NCBI RefSeq assembly: GCF_009914755.1
Contig: NC_060929.1
Strand: one strand, 5' to 3'
Length of the DNA stretch: 64,000 bases
Source of the DNA: the human T2T-CHM13v2.0 reference genome, Homo sapiens
This document shows positions 63,277-64,000 of the stretch, piece by piece. How positions within the stretch are numbered: the stretch's first letter is position 1; each line of letters begins with the position of its first letter. The notes beneath the pieces were generated by a model. It ran no database searches, was not told where the DNA came from, and worked only from the letters and a program-made list of their open reading frames with translations. The translations under genes were made by a program, and so were the position numbers.

Positions 63277-63733
63277 TGTTATTAGGCCAGACCCCTATTG
63301 ACTGCAATAAAGATAACACCATGTCCTGGAGACCAAAAAAAGAGACCAAGAGACAGTGAATGAGATATAGTGCTTATATAGGGGACTTACATACAGGGAT
63401 GGTCCAGTTGTGGTGGGCTGGACCGGAAAACTACTACCATGTGTAAAAAGCATGCAGCTTCCATAGCATTTTCACTTAGTACCCTCTACCTAGCAACCTC
63501 CAGTTTGCAACCTCCAGGTAACCCAAAACAAAGGGCCTCCATCTCCTGTATGGCCTGCATTCCAAGGGAAGGGCTAGGGGTTGAGATGCCCTTCATGGAT
63601 AAGGAGTGAATCTCTAGGTTGGCCACTCCCAGATTCCTTAGCCTGGAACTCTGAACACACATTCTTCTTAGACCATAGGGCCATTCTCAGGGTATTCTCA
63701 AGTTCAGTTACTGCTGTCAGGTGTGTCTCCCAT
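63277..63733 (-). mobile_element. ERV solo LTR (same family as 44343-44791)
   Basis: gaatctctaggttggccac and gtccagttgtggtgggctgg are reverse-complement homologues of motifs in the 44343 element. Confidence 0.6.
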
Positions 63734-64000
63734 ATAGCTGATAATTGATGACTTAAGCTATTTTTAGAAGTCATATGAAGAAAGGATCAGTAGTCCCTTC
63801 ACTTGCCCTGTGAGAGAGTGTGTCCTGCTTTCAGAGACACACAATGGCCATTTGACAAATTTACTAAGACCATTCTGAATACATGAGAAATTATTTCATA
63901 ATACACCCATTCTAATGGAAAGCATAGAACTGTGAGATTATCAATGGATAAAGGAAGTAGAATTTACGATTCCCAAGTAGTTATGTGGAAAGTCAGACTA

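Overview
Repeat-dense primate (hominid, most likely human) genomic DNA. The only credible protein-coding gene is the single-exon small heat-shock protein gene HSPB3 (41355-41807, +). It has a muscle-type proximal promoter (perfect MEF2 site, E-boxes, M-CAT, TATA) and an ATTAAA poly(A) signal. The rest is mostly transposon-derived: about 30 Alu copies or fragments, one SVA with target-site duplication (TSD), two solo MER11 (ERVK-class) LTRs in inverted orientation on either side of HSPB3, other ERV1/ERVL/MaLR LTRs, Tigger/hAT DNA transposons, old L1/L2/MIR fragments and a 5'-truncated L1PA. Nearly all other ORFs in the track are Alu/LTR/SVA read-throughs or chance ORFs. I see no evidence of a new multi-gene system. 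The most unusual structures are a ~430 bp AT-rich palindrome (4653-5080), the inverted MER11 pair around HSPB3, candidate muscle enhancers, 5'UTR hairpins and two local templated duplications. Repeat subfamily names come from recall of consensus sequences, not from a RepeatMasker run; boundaries without a TSD are approximate.
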